Program-made: the position numbers and the translations under genes | Assembly: GCA_964358305.1 (NCBI GenBank) | Contig: CAYHOJ010000001.1 | Location: forward strand, 1-49,483 | Length of the DNA: 49,483 nt | Reading direction: 5' to 3' | Source of the DNA: an uncultured Gammaproteobacteria bacterium | GTDB lineage: Bacteria; Patescibacteriota; Microgenomatia; UBA1406; GWC2-37-13 | Shown here: positions 35,267-44,822 of the stretch, one piece after another | Layout of the letters: every line of letters begins with the position of its first letter | How positions within the stretch are numbered: position 1 is the first letter of the stretch | Notes under the pieces: generated by a model | What the model was told of the DNA's origin: nothing | Databases searched by the model: none | What the model saw: the letters and a program-made list of their open reading frames with translations, nothing else

Positions 35267-38221
35267 ATGGCTGACTATTTTGATTTTATTAAAAAACCGA
35301 CTACTAATGCAACAGCAAATCCAGTAGGGCAAAATCAAACTTCAAATATCAAACCTCAAAGCCAAGATCAAAGTTTAAATCCTAAAACCAACATAACCCA
35401 ACCACCAATCAAAACTGTTCCAACATCTAATATTAATCCTCCACCTCCTACTACAAATAAACCCCTAGTCCCTAGTCACCAGTCACTAGTCACTAACAAC
35501 CTCGACCTAATGACCCATCTAACTCAACGTTCAAATCGGGTTATGATGGCGGCCCAGACAAAAGCAAAAGAGCTAAAATCAGATTTAGTCGACAGCGAAC
35601 ATCTTTTATACGCTTTGACAACTGACAGCGAAATCTACAACTTACTGGTTGAATCTAAAATCCAACCTCAGTTAATCACTGATGAATTAAATAAAATTTA
35701 TAAAAGAGGAACCGTTGATCGAGCTCCTCAATTTTCTCCTCGAATTAAAAAAATTCTTAATGATTCCTTAGTTGTTGCAAGAAAACTTGGATTTGAATTC
35801 ATAGCACCGGAACATATGATGTTAGGGCTGTATGAAGAAGGTGAAGGGGTAGGAGCGAGAGTATTGGTCAAGTTAGGTTTAACCAAGGAAACTCTTAATA
35901 AATTAGTTGTTGGAAAAAAAGAAGGTTTGAATGAAGAAGAAAAAAAAGCCCAGAATAAGAAAAAAGCATTAGAACAATTTACGATTGACTTAACGGCCAA
36001 GGCGTCTCAAGGATTACTTGATCCGGTTGTTGAACGATCAGCCGTGATTGAGCGGGTAATCCATATTCTATCCCGCCGGACTAAAAATAATCCTTCATTA
36101 GTCGGAGAAGCGGGGGTTGGAAAAACTGCCATCGTTGAGGGACTAGCCGAAAAAATTGTTGCCAAAGAAGTGCCGGAGCCGCTTTTAAACAAAAGAATTC
36201 TTCAGTTAGATCTGATGAGTATGTTAGCCGGTGCTTCCCACCGTGGTGAGTTTGAAGAAAGAATGAAAGATTTAATTGAAGAAGTAAAGGCCAGTCAAGG
36301 GTCAGACCTGCCTGCCGGCAGGCAGGTTATTTTATTTATTGACGAAATTCATAATATTGTTGGGGCCGGTGCCTCTGGCGAAGGGTCTCTCGACGCTTCC
36401 AATTTTTTAAAACCGGCGCTTGCTCGAGGTGAAATTCAAATAGTTGGGGCAACCACTTTAACAGAATATCGAAAATATGTGGAAAAAGATCCGGCTCTTG
36501 AGCGGCGATTCCAACCGGTTTTAGTTCCCGAGCCAACTGAAGAGCAGGGAATTAAGATGCTTAAAGCAATCAAAGATAAATACGAAGCTTTTCATCGAGT
36601 CAAAATTCCCGATGACGCCATTGAAGCCGCCGTTATCTTATCAAAACGTTACGTCGGAGACAGATTTTTACCTGATAAAGCCGTTGATCTAATTGATGAG
36701 GCGGCCGCCGCTGTTCGTCTGCCTTTAATTTCCTTACCCGAAGAAATAAAATCGCTTGAAACAAGAATCGCCCAGTTAAATCAAGAACTAAAAGAGTCAG
36801 AAAAAAAGGCAGATAAAGTCAAATCAAGAATATTACGATCAAAAATTGACGAAATTGATTCAGGCCTTAAAGAAAAGAAGGAAGAGTTTAATCTTAAAAA
36901 AAGCCAATCGACTGGAGCCGTGACTGTTGAAATCATTAAAGACATTATTGCCCGTTGGACAGGGATACCTGTAGCTAAAATTTCGTCATCCGAAACGGAA
37001 AAATTAACCCACTTGGAAGATATTATCCATAAAAGATTAATTGATCAGGAAGGCGCAGTCGCCTCTGTCTCCCAAGCAGTCAGGCGTGGACGGGCTGGAC
37101 TTAAATCAGCCGCCCGGCCAATCGGCAGCTTTATTTTCCTTGGACCAACCGGGGTAGGAAAAACTGAACTTGCCAAAGCCCTAGCTGACATTTTATTTGG
37201 CAGCGAAGAGTTAATGATTAGATTTGATATGACGGAATTTATGGAAAAACATGAAGTAGCTAAATTACTTGGAGCCCCACCAGGCTATGTAGGATATGAG
37301 GAAGGTGGAAAGTTAACAGAGCAGGTGAGAAGAAAACCATACAGCGTTGTTCTTTTTGATGAAGTAGAAAAAGCTCATCCAGATATTTTTAATATTCTTC
37401 TTCAAATACTTGATGACGGACGATTGACAGATAATAAAGGACGTATGATTTCTTTTAAAAATACGGTTGTTATTTGTACATCCAATCTTGGGACGAAATT
37501 AATTCAGGATGAGATGTTGAAGAATAAACCAAAGAACGTAGGGGTTGGGCGTGACCAACCCTCACAAAAGTCAAAAGTTGAAGACGAAAAAGATAAGAGC
37601 AACTTTAAAGGGATAAAAGACAAAGTAATGGGCGAATTGACAAAATTTTTTAAACCGGAGTTAATTAATCGTTTTGACGAAGTAATTGTATTTGAGCCAT
37701 TAAGATTTCAAGACATGGTTGAGATAGTTAAACTACAAATGAAAGGGATTATTAAGCTAATAGAAGAACAAAATATGGGATTTGCTTATACCGACGAAGT
37801 AATAAGCGAGATTGTTAAAGCAGGTTTTGACCCATTGTATGGAGCGCGACCTTTAAGAAGGGCAATTCAAAGATTGATTGAAAATCCGATTTCTAATTTA
37901 ATCATTGATGGAAAAGTAAAACCCGGAGATTTAATTAGGGCGAGAGTAGATCGAGATGAACTTATTTTTGAAATTGAAAAAACTGTTTTCCAGCCAAAAG
38001 TTACCAAGAAATACCATTGCCAGGCATGTGGGTGGGATTTTGAGAATGAGGTTATCCAAAATTCAACGACGATCTGCCCAAAGTGTGCGAAAAAAGATGT
38101 TATTTTGGCTGAATTAAAAAAGGAAGAAGTTAAACCAACTGAAATTAACTCGGCAACGCAATTTTTATCACACGAGAGTCTCACCATTCCGCCTGCGGCA
38201 GAACGGTCCCCTCGAAAGTGA
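35267..38221 (+). CDS. ClpB/ClpC-family AAA+ chaperone with C-terminal zinc ribbon
   Basis: Clp N repeats, [44 protein letters not shown]. Confidence 0.93.
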   Translation: MADYFDFIKKPTTNATANPVGQNQTSNIKPQSQDQSLNPKTNITQPPIKTVPTSNINPPPPTTNKPLVPSHQSLVTNNLDLMTHLTQRSNRVMMAAQTKAKELKSDLVDSEHLLYALTTDSEIYNLLVESKIQPQLITDELNKIYKRGTVDRAPQFSPRIKKILNDSLVVARKLGFEFIAPEHMMLGLYEEGEGVGARVLVKLGLTKETLNKLVVGKKEGLNEEEKKAQNKKKALEQFTIDLTAKASQGLLDPVVERSAVIERVIHILSRRTKNNPSLVGEAGVGKTAIVEGLAEKIVAKEVPEPLLNKRILQLDLMSMLAGASHRGEFEERMKDLIEEVKASQGSDLPAGRQVILFIDEIHNIVGAGASGEGSLDASNFLKPALARGEIQIVGATTLTEYRKYVEKDPALERRFQPVLVPEPTEEQGIKMLKAIKDKYEAFHRVKIPDDAIEAAVILSKRYVGDRFLPDKAVDLIDEAAAAVRLPLISLPEEIKSLETRIAQLNQELKESEKKADKVKSRILRSKIDEIDSGLKEKKEEFNLKKSQSTGAVTVEIIKDIIARWTGIPVAKISSSETEKLTHLEDIIHKRLIDQEGAVASVSQAVRRGRAGLKSAARPIGSFIFLGPTGVGKTELAKALADILFGSEELMIRFDMTEFMEKHEVAKLLGAPPGYVGYEEGGKLTEQVRRKPYSVVLFDEVEKAHPDIFNILLQILDDGRLTDNKGRMISFKNTVVICTSNLGTKLIQDEMLKNKPKNVGVGRDQPSQKSKVEDEKDKSNFKGIKDKVMGELTKFFKPELINRFDEVIVFEPLRFQDMVEIVKLQMKGIIKLIEEQNMGFAYTDEVISEIVKAGFDPLYGARPLRRAIQRLIENPISNLIIDGKVKPGDLIRARVDRDELIFEIEKTVFQPKVTKKYHCQACGWDFENEVIQNSTTICPKCAKKDVILAELKKEEVKPTEINSATQFLSHESLTIPPAAERSPRK

Positions 38222-38246
38222 AAAAATTGCTTTTGCCTCATTAATT
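38143..38246. repeat. Long imperfect hairpin spanning the clp stop codon
   Basis: AATTAA/TTAATT, GGCAA/TTGCC, GCAATTTTT/AAAAATTGC. Confidence 0.7.
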
Positions 38247-38271
38247 ACTTGACTTCTGATATCATAGCTAT

Positions 38272-38907
38272 ATGATTGTTTTCTTACTTCAGATAATCGC
38301 AATTTACATTATCTCAAGGTTAATATTAAAAGAGCTTTTTTTATTTTTAAGAAAATTTTTTAGTACAGATTTTCCAGTTTTTATTTTAGTTTCTTTTATC
38401 TTTCTTCCTGGAACAATTATCCATGAAACCGCTCATTTTATCACGGCGTTATTTCTTATTTTACCCGTCAAAAGTATGTCAGTTTTCCCTAAATGGGACA
38501 ACAACGAGATAAAGTTAGGAGAAGTGCTTTTTGTAAAAAAAGATTTTCTAAGAGCAATTCTTGTTGGAATTGCTCCAATATTTTTTGGAATTGGAATATT
38601 ATTTTCGCTATTTTATTTTCATATATATCCAGCCAATAATATCGGATTAAATATTTTATATTCGTATTTAGTTTTTTCCATATCAGCCAATATGTTTTCT
38701 TCAAAACAAGATCTTAAAGATTTATTATTGGTTATTCCGGTAATAGTTTTACTGATAATAATATTTTATGTTTTTGATATTAAAATAAACATGAACAGTA
38801 TAAATGTTATAATGAATCAAATTAATTCATATATTTTTTTTGTTCTGATAATAGACATTGTTTTGTTTGGAGTTTTAAAATTATTAAATCGTTTTGTTAA
38901 AAGATGA
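38272..38907 (+). CDS. M50-like membrane metalloprotease
   Basis: LPGTIIHETAH (HExxH), GIAP, SKQD, several TMs. Confidence 0.75.
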   Translation: MIVFLLQIIAIYIISRLILKELFLFLRKFFSTDFPVFILVSFIFLPGTIIHETAHFITALFLILPVKSMSVFPKWDNNEIKLGEVLFVKKDFLRAILVGIAPIFFGIGILFSLFYFHIYPANNIGLNILYSYLVFSISANMFSSKQDLKDLLLVIPVIVLLIIIFYVFDIKINMNSINVIMNQINSYIFFVLIIDIVLFGVLKLLNRFVKR

Positions 38908-39227
38908 GATTTCTTGCGCAATCATTAAATATTGGAACGGATAATCCTGTAAAAATCGAGGGTCCGCTTGATGATAGTGTTAGCTCTCTAGGTCAAATTA
39001 TTTCTAAAGGTTTAGGTTTTATTATGCCAATGGCGGGGATAGTTCTTCTTTTTGTCCTAATTTCCGGAGGTTATGACTATATGATGTCACAGGGAAACCC
39101 TGATAAAATTAAGGCCGGTCAAGCAAAAATTACTTCAGGAATTATTGGTTTTGTTCTCTTAATCATCTCGTTTTTAGTGACCAGATTAATTGCTTACGTC
39201 TTTGGTCTTGGCGGTGGAATTTTTTGA
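38904..39227 (+). CDS. VirB2/TrbC-like pilin
   Basis: SQGNPDKIKAGQAKITSGIIG between TMs. Confidence 0.78.
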   Translation: MRFLAQSLNIGTDNPVKIEGPLDDSVSSLGQIISKGLGFIMPMAGIVLLFVLISGGYDYMMSQGNPDKIKAGQAKITSGIIGFVLLIISFLVTRLIAYVFGLGGGIF

Positions 39228-39249
39228 TTCAATAAACTACAATATATCT

Positions 39250-39945
39250 ATGCAAGAATCTCCAATTGTTATTTCCGTTGGCGGTAGTCTCATTGTCCCC
39301 AATGGCGGGATTGATACAGATTTTTTAATCAAGTTAAATAAATTAATAAGAGAAGAAGTCGCGAGTGGGAAGAGATTTATGCTAATTGCCGGTGGAGGCA
39401 AATTGGCCAGACGATATCAGGAAGCAGGGAGCGCTGTGATTGGAAAGTTGACAAAAGATGACTTAGACTGGTTGGGTATTCATTCAACTCATCTTAACGG
39501 ACATCTTCTTAGAACGATATTTCAAGATATTGCAAATCCCAGAGTCATCCAACATTATGATCGTCGCCTAGAAAATTGGACCGAATCGGTGGCAATCGGA
39601 GCTGGATGGATGCCTGGTTGCTCTACAGATTATGATGCGGTAATATTGGCGCGTGATCATAAAGCAAAAATGATAATTAACATGTCAAATATTGATTATG
39701 TTTTTGATCGCGATCCTGGTAAATTTTCCGATGCTAAACCATTAAAGAAAATCACATGGAAAGCAATGAAAGAATTAGTTGGAGACAAATGGATGCCTGG
39801 ACACAACTCTCCTTTTGATCCGATTGCAACAAAACTTGCTACAGGTTTGAACCTAACTGTTGTGATAGCCAACGGTAATGATATGAAAAATATTCAAAAA
39901 ATTATTAATGGAGAATCTTTTAAGGGAACCGTCATAAGCCCATGA
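39250..39945 (+). CDS. pyrH: UMP kinase, archaeal-type (start revised to 39250)
   Basis: VISVGGS, GGGKLARRYQ, DWLGIHST, PGCSTD, PFDP. Confidence 0.9.
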   Translation: MQESPIVISVGGSLIVPNGGIDTDFLIKLNKLIREEVASGKRFMLIAGGGKLARRYQEAGSAVIGKLTKDDLDWLGIHSTHLNGHLLRTIFQDIANPRVIQHYDRRLENWTESVAIGAGWMPGCSTDYDAVILARDHKAKMIINMSNIDYVFDRDPGKFSDAKPLKKITWKAMKELVGDKWMPGHNSPFDPIATKLATGLNLTVVIANGNDMKNIQKIINGESFKGTVISP

Positions 39946-41009
39946 TCCTCAAATCAATTTCTTTCCACAACTTTCGAAATTTTGACAAAAAACAATATAA
40001 AATTAACCCTTATTTAACGACGATATTTGGAGATAATGCTCTGGGAAAAACTAATTTACTGGAGGGAATTTACTTCATATTAAAGGGGGAAGGATTTCGG
40101 GAAAGTAAAGAAGAACAGCTAATTATTTTTAATGAAAAAAATGGTTACGTTGACGCAAAAATAGAAAATAAAAAAAATAAGGATATTAGCAATTTAAGAA
40201 TAGATTTAACAATTAATGACTTTGGTTTAAGTAAAACATATTTTTTAGAAAAGACAAAAAAGGGTCGTCATTCATATTTAAAAAATTTGATTCCTGTCGT
40301 GTTATTTTCTCCGGAACAAATAGAAGTAATTGATAGAACAATGTCGTATCGCCGTGAATATTTCGATAAATTTTTGTCTGAGATCGATTCAGAATATAAA
40401 AAATGTTTAACAAATTATAATCAGGCGCTAAGAAAAAGAAATAAGATTTTAGAATCGAGCTTTAATAGTCAGAACCTTGATGTAGAACTTGATTACTGGA
40501 ATAAACTTCTCATAGACAATGGTTCGTACTTAATTATGAAGAGGCGAGAATATATCTTTTTTTTAAATTCAAACAGTATTATTGATTCAAAAAAATTTAA
40601 AATAGAATATAAAGAAAATAAAATTAATAAGGAACGATTTACTGAATCACTTCAAAAAGAATTATTAATCAAAAGAACTTTAGTTGGCCCACATAGAGAC
40701 GAATACAATATTTTTATGATTGATAAATCGTCAGTTAAAAAAAATATCCACATGTACGGTTCCCGCAGCGAGCAACGCTTAAGTTTATTCTGGCTGAAGA
40801 TTAACGAATTAAAATATTTAGAAGATTTTTTTAAGAAAAAACCGATTTTATTACTTGACGATATATTCTCAGAGCTGGATCACAATAATCAAAAATTAAT
40901 ATTTAATTTAATTGGTAATTACCAAACGGTAGTCACTTCAACTGAAAAAAAATTAACAAAATTAATTAATCTTTCTGATGACGCCTCTTACGATACCATA
41001 GATCTGTAG
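39942..41009 (+). CDS. recF: DNA replication/repair protein RecF
   Basis: NFRNF, GDNALGKTNLLE, GPHRDE, LLLDDIFSELD. Confidence 0.93.
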   Translation: MILKSISFHNFRNFDKKQYKINPYLTTIFGDNALGKTNLLEGIYFILKGEGFRESKEEQLIIFNEKNGYVDAKIENKKNKDISNLRIDLTINDFGLSKTYFLEKTKKGRHSYLKNLIPVVLFSPEQIEVIDRTMSYRREYFDKFLSEIDSEYKKCLTNYNQALRKRNKILESSFNSQNLDVELDYWNKLLIDNGSYLIMKRREYIFFLNSNSIIDSKKFKIEYKENKINKERFTESLQKELLIKRTLVGPHRDEYNIFMIDKSSVKKNIHMYGSRSEQRLSLFWLKINELKYLEDFFKKKPILLLDDIFSELDHNNQKLIFNLIGNYQTVVTSTEKKLTKLINLSDDASYDTIDL

Positions 41010-41531
41010 ATCATTAATTGGGTAAAAAGGAGGGTATTTGGGATTAGCGGCCTCCAGATAATTAATATGTTTTTTCCTGTCAGTCTTTAATATTTTTAAA
41101 GTCCATTCGTTATCAATTTGGGCAAGAACAATACTGCCGGTATTAACATCTTTTTTTCGCTCAATTATAACAATATCCCCTTCAAATATTCCGACTCCTG
41201 TCATTGAATCACCCGAGACCTTAAGAAGAAATGAAGTTTGTGGGTTCTCGATCAGATAGTCATCTATCGTCAGATAGTCTTTATTTTCTTCAGCTAAAAT
41301 TGGAAAACCGGCTTTTATAACTCCAAGAAGGGGGAGAGCAAAAAACTTTCTTGTTGGGGATAATTTTTTACTTTCTTTTTCGATGAATCCGAGATCAATT
41401 AATTTATTAATTATTTTAAAAACAGCATTCTTAGAAGAGATATTAAAAAGCTTCAACATCTCAGAATAAGAAGGAAGCCTTCTGTTTTTACGAAAAAATT
41501 TTTTAATACTTGATAATCTATCTTCGATCAT
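40962..41531 (-). CDS. lexA: LexA-like repressor (wHTH + S24 peptidase)
   Basis: PSYSEM, IKAGFP cleavage site, VSGDSM, WTLK. Confidence 0.85.
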   Translation of the reverse strand: MIEDRLSSIKKFFRKNRRLPSYSEMLKLFNISSKNAVFKIINKLIDLGFIEKESKKLSPTRKFFALPLLGVIKAGFPILAEENKDYLTIDDYLIENPQTSFLLKVSGDSMTGVGIFEGDIVIIERKKDVNTGSIVLAQIDNEWTLKILKTDRKKHINYLEAANPKYPPFYPINDLQIYGIVRGVIRKIN

Positions 41532-41539
41532 AGAGAACC

Positions 41540-41569
41540 ATTATAGTAAACACTTGTTCACTTATGCAA
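41540..41569 (-). promoter_or_regulatory. lexA promoter with SOS-box-like GTGAAC-N4-GTTTAC
   Basis: TTGCAT-N18-TATAAT; the box fills most of the spacer; ATG 8 nt downstream. Confidence 0.7.
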
Positions 41570-41606
41570 ATGATTATTATTATAAGTTAGGAGATAGAGT
41601 GAAAGC

Positions 41607-41636
41607 TTATCTATGCCACGGCCGTGGGGGAGTTAT
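41607..41636. repeat. Orphan ACGGCCGT-core palindrome
   Basis: TTATCTATGCCACGGCCGTGGGGGAGTTAT; overlaps the stop of ORF 41611-42333. Confidence 0.75.
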
Positions 41637-42333
41637 TTGTTACTACTCCATTTATCTTATCAACAATACCCTCAATAAAATCAACGGAATCAGGAACACG
41701 ATCTCCATATCTCTTAAGAGCTTTTTCGGCAATTTCGACTCCATAATTTTTTTCTATCCAAGCACGACGTCCACTTTCAACAAAATAATTGAGGCCATAT
41801 TCTTTATCATCAAGTTCGTATCTTGGAACACCTTTTATTAAATCATTACCGGCTATATCGTTCATGATTTTAAAAATAAGCTCTTCACCATAATTTTTTC
41901 TTACCCAATGACCACGTTCTGCTACCCAAGGAATATGTTTTTTTGCTAAAACTATTAATTCTTTTGAGGTAAAAATTTTACTATCTATAAGACGTTTCAA
42001 ATCTTCTGGAGATATTCCTTTGATAACGTGTAAAAAAAGCTGGTCATTAGTCTCCATTATTTTTCTAAAAGCTTTAGGATTAGATGTTGCCGATTCAAGT
42101 AATAACTCAACTGTCTTAGCATTGCTAAGTGATTCTTTATAATTTTGAGTATTTATTCCACTTTTGACAGCTAATTTGGACATTAAAACAGATGTTTCGG
42201 GTAATGCTGTAAAAGTTGCAATATCATTTCCAAGTTGAGTACAATTTCTTTGTATGACTTTTAATACATTTTTCGACGGAGGTTCCATTAAATCTGCCGT
42301 ATTTAAAATGTGTGGAGCTTCACTATCAAGCAT
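41611..42333 (-). CDS. Hypothetical protein
   Basis: 240-aa ORF, no motif recognised. Confidence 0.7.
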   Translation of the reverse strand: MLDSEAPHILNTADLMEPPSKNVLKVIQRNCTQLGNDIATFTALPETSVLMSKLAVKSGINTQNYKESLSNAKTVELLLESATSNPKAFRKIMETNDQLFLHVIKGISPEDLKRLIDSKIFTSKELIVLAKKHIPWVAERGHWVRKNYGEELIFKIMNDIAGNDLIKGVPRYELDDKEYGLNYFVESGRRAWIEKNYGVEIAEKALKRYGDRVPDSVDFIEGIVDKINGVVTNNSPTAVA

Positions 42334-42493
42334 ATATAAAAATTTTACTACTACTACTACGAAGTCAAGAGTTTTTTCCCCGAGTTAATAATGAAAGTTT
42401 AGATAAAAAAATAAAAGATAATAAAAATGAAAGAGACGAAAGCAAAAAATAAAGTAACAATCAGCCAACAAATTAAACGAATATTCTAATTAA

Positions 42494-42678
42494 AAAATAC
42501 TTTAATTAATTAAAGTATTTTATAAGTAATGTTTTGCGAGTTTTTCCTTACTTTTTAAAAAACATGTGGCTGATAAGACAGAGTATACATCGATAAAAAT
42601 ATATTGTCTCATTAACCCGTTTGATTAGTTTTGTAGGTTATAAGCGGTGGACTGTCAAACTTTAATTAATTAAAGTTT
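42494..42678 (+). promoter_or_regulatory. Two ACTTTAATTAATTAAAGT palindromes bracketing the TTTTGTAGGTTATAAGCG leader
   Basis: Perfect palindromes 42494-42521 and 42657-42678; motif 42629-42646. Confidence 0.75.
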
Positions 42679-42683
42679 CTATT

Positions 42684-43115
42684 ATGACCAGAATTTCTAA
42701 ATATCGGCTTGAAGATAAGGTTTTGAAAAAACTTTATTCTTTGATGTTTGAGGTTATCTCCAACATGGATGAAGAAGAAAGATTTATAGGGATAATGAAC
42801 GAACTGTTATCTCTAACAGAAAAGATTATGATTGCAAAAAGGATAGCTATAATCTATCTACTAGTTAAAGATATTGATTATCTTGTAATATCAGATGTCC
42901 TTAAAGTTTCTTCCGGGACGATTGCTAAATTTCATTCAATGATGAATAAAGGCCGAGAAATTAAAAACATATTGAAGGGCATCACTGGAAACGAGAAGAT
43001 CAAAGATTTTTTTGAAGAATTATTTTTTCGTGAACCAGGAACTTATGGGACAAATTGGAAATCGGCCTGGAGGCAAAAATTTGAAATTGAGCGTAAAAAA
43101 CAAAGAGGAATTTAA
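42684..43115 (+). CDS. TrpR/YerC-YecD-like HTH protein (CPR type)
   Basis: ELLSLTEKIMIAKRIAIIYLL..YLVISDVLKVSSGTIAK. Confidence 0.82.
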   Translation: MTRISKYRLEDKVLKKLYSLMFEVISNMDEEERFIGIMNELLSLTEKIMIAKRIAIIYLLVKDIDYLVISDVLKVSSGTIAKFHSMMNKGREIKNILKGITGNEKIKDFFEELFFREPGTYGTNWKSAWRQKFEIERKKQRGI

Positions 43116-43119
43116 ACTA

Positions 43120-43143
43120 AATACTTTAATTAATTAAAGTATT
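43120..43143. repeat. Third ACTTTAATTAATTAAAGT palindrome, 4 nt after the stop
   Basis: Perfect 24-bp palindrome. Confidence 0.85.
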
Positions 43144-43168
43144 ATTTTAAAGATGATATACTTGATTT

Positions 43169-43858
43169 ATGTTTCTGATATTGAGTAAAAAGAAACTATT
43201 AAATCTTCTTAAAAAATTAGTCATTATTCTTTTTATTCCCTCGATTTTGCTCAATATTTTTTTTGGTTATAAAACTTTAAATCAAAGACAAACTAACTTA
43301 GTTAAAGTAATTGGGGTGATTGACGGGGACACAATTGTCCTTGAAAATAAAACAAGATTGCGACTTCGCCACATCGACGCTCCGGAGTTAGTAAATTGTG
43401 GGGGAGATCAGGCGAAACAGTTTGTTAATTCGTTGGTAAATGGTAAATCAATTACGATTGAAGAACAAATACCGGATCAGATGGGGAGAGCGATGGCACT
43501 TGTTTATGTAGATAAGATATTATTAAACGAAAAATTATTGGAAGCTGGTTTGGCTCGTTATCACTCTGATCAAACGACGAAAACTCCATTACTAAAAAAA
43601 GCTGCTGACACCGCAAAGATAAGTAGACTTGGCATTTTTAGCGCTATTTGTTTTTCAGAAACAAATTTAGAAAAACCCAACTGCATAATCAAAGGTAATT
43701 TTGAAAATAAAAGAGCCTCAGGTCGCAAGCTTTATTATCTTCCAAACTGTGCACAATATAAGTTTGTGATGGTGGAAAAAGATCTGGGCGAGAGCTGGTT
43801 TTGTACCGAAAAAGAGGCGAGTGCGGCTGGGTATATCAAAGCGGGGACGTGTAAATAA
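43169..43858 (+). CDS. Thermonuclease (SNase) family protein, membrane anchored
   Basis: VIDGDTI, RLRHIDAPE, DQMGR, C-terminal CIIKGN..WFCTE domain. Confidence 0.9.
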   Translation: MFLILSKKKLLNLLKKLVIILFIPSILLNIFFGYKTLNQRQTNLVKVIGVIDGDTIVLENKTRLRLRHIDAPELVNCGGDQAKQFVNSLVNGKSITIEEQIPDQMGRAMALVYVDKILLNEKLLEAGLARYHSDQTTKTPLLKKAADTAKISRLGIFSAICFSETNLEKPNCIIKGNFENKRASGRKLYYLPNCAQYKFVMVEKDLGESWFCTEKEASAAGYIKAGTCK

Positions 43859-43916
43859 AGACAAAATAGTGAGTACTCATTGACAAAGTCGTTAGTAAAT
43901 AGTAATATTTAACCAT

Positions 43917-44174
43917 ATGTTAACTCAAAAAGTTCAAATTACTCTAACACCGGAAGAAGTCAATGCTTTATCTTTTAAAGGTAAGACTTTAGGCTATAAC
44001 GTTACCAAGTACATTAAATTTATAATTACTAAAGAAGCATTCGAGACTGTTGAAGATTTTCCTCAATTATTAATGAGTCCTGAATTGGAAAAAAGAACAA
44101 TCAAAGCTGTCGAAGAACACAATAAAGGTAATTCAAAAAAAATGCATTCATTAGATGACTTGGATAGTCTATGA
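43917..44174 (+). CDS. Putative antitoxin (RelB/DinJ-like position)
   Basis: Small ORF overlapping the toxin start; promoter TTGACA-N17-TAATAT at 43880-43908. Confidence 0.7.
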   Translation: MLTQKVQITLTPEEVNALSFKGKTLGYNVTKYIKFIITKEAFETVEDFPQLLMSPELEKRTIKAVEEHNKGNSKKMHSLDDLDSL

Positions 44175-44437
44175 ATATATATTTTTCTCAAGAATTTATC
44201 AAAAATTATCGAAAAATAACAAAGAAGAATGTTCAGCTGAAGAAAAAAATAAAAATAAGGCTTTCTGTTTTTCGGGAAAATCCAAAACATCCCTCGCTTA
44301 GACTACATAGATTAAAAGGAAAAATGATTGAAGATTGGAGTATTTCGGTTCAATCGGATTTACGAATTATTTTTACTTATGTCTTAGGTGGAATCTTGCT
44401 CGTCGACATTGGAAATCATAAAGAAGTTTATAAATAA
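44171..44437 (+). CDS. RelE/YafQ-family toxin
   Basis: HPSLRLHRLKG..WSISVQSDLRIIF..DIGNHKEVY. Confidence 0.88.
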   Translation: MNIYFSQEFIKNYRKITKKNVQLKKKIKIRLSVFRENPKHPSLRLHRLKGKMIEDWSISVQSDLRIIFTYVLGGILLVDIGNHKEVYK

Positions 44438-44447
44438 TTAAAATAAA

Positions 44448-44822
44448 ATGAAACTAACTAAAATTCAAAGCGATAAATTGTGGGGAGAAGATGGACCATA
44501 TTCAGAAGTACATCTAATTATAGAAACGAGAATACTTGATGATAAAGTAACAAGAAAATTTATTATCGTTGAACAAAATATTAATCCTCTAAGTTTTGAA
44601 ATTTTAAAAAAGAATAGTGATAAATTTAAAAACGATATACCAATAATGCAATTATTTGAACATGCAGAATATCGTGGTCAAAAATTTGGATACGTCGTAT
44701 GTGCATTTATAAAAGAATATAGAGAATCGAGCGACTTAATAGAAGGACAAGAATGCGTGGATTTTTCTAAAGAAATGTTAATTAGAATTCATAAATTTGT
44801 GATGAATTATTTGGGGATTTGA
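44448..44822 (+). CDS. Hypothetical protein
   Basis: 124-aa ORF following the TA pair. Confidence 0.7.
   Translation: MKLTKIQSDKLWGEDGPYSEVHLIIETRILDDKVTRKFIIVEQNINPLSFEILKKNSDKFKNDIPIMQLFEHAEYRGQKFGYVVCAFIKEYRESSDLIEGQECVDFSKEMLIRIHKFVMNYLGI

Noticed and set aside
41554-41841. 95-aa + strand ORF
   Set aside because: Antisense to the 240-aa ORF and overlaps the lexA promoter.
42398-42486. Hydrophobic - strand stretch IRLICWLIVTLFFAFVSFIFIIFYFFI*
   Set aside because: No start codon before an upstream in-frame stop; at most an unidentifiable gene remnant.
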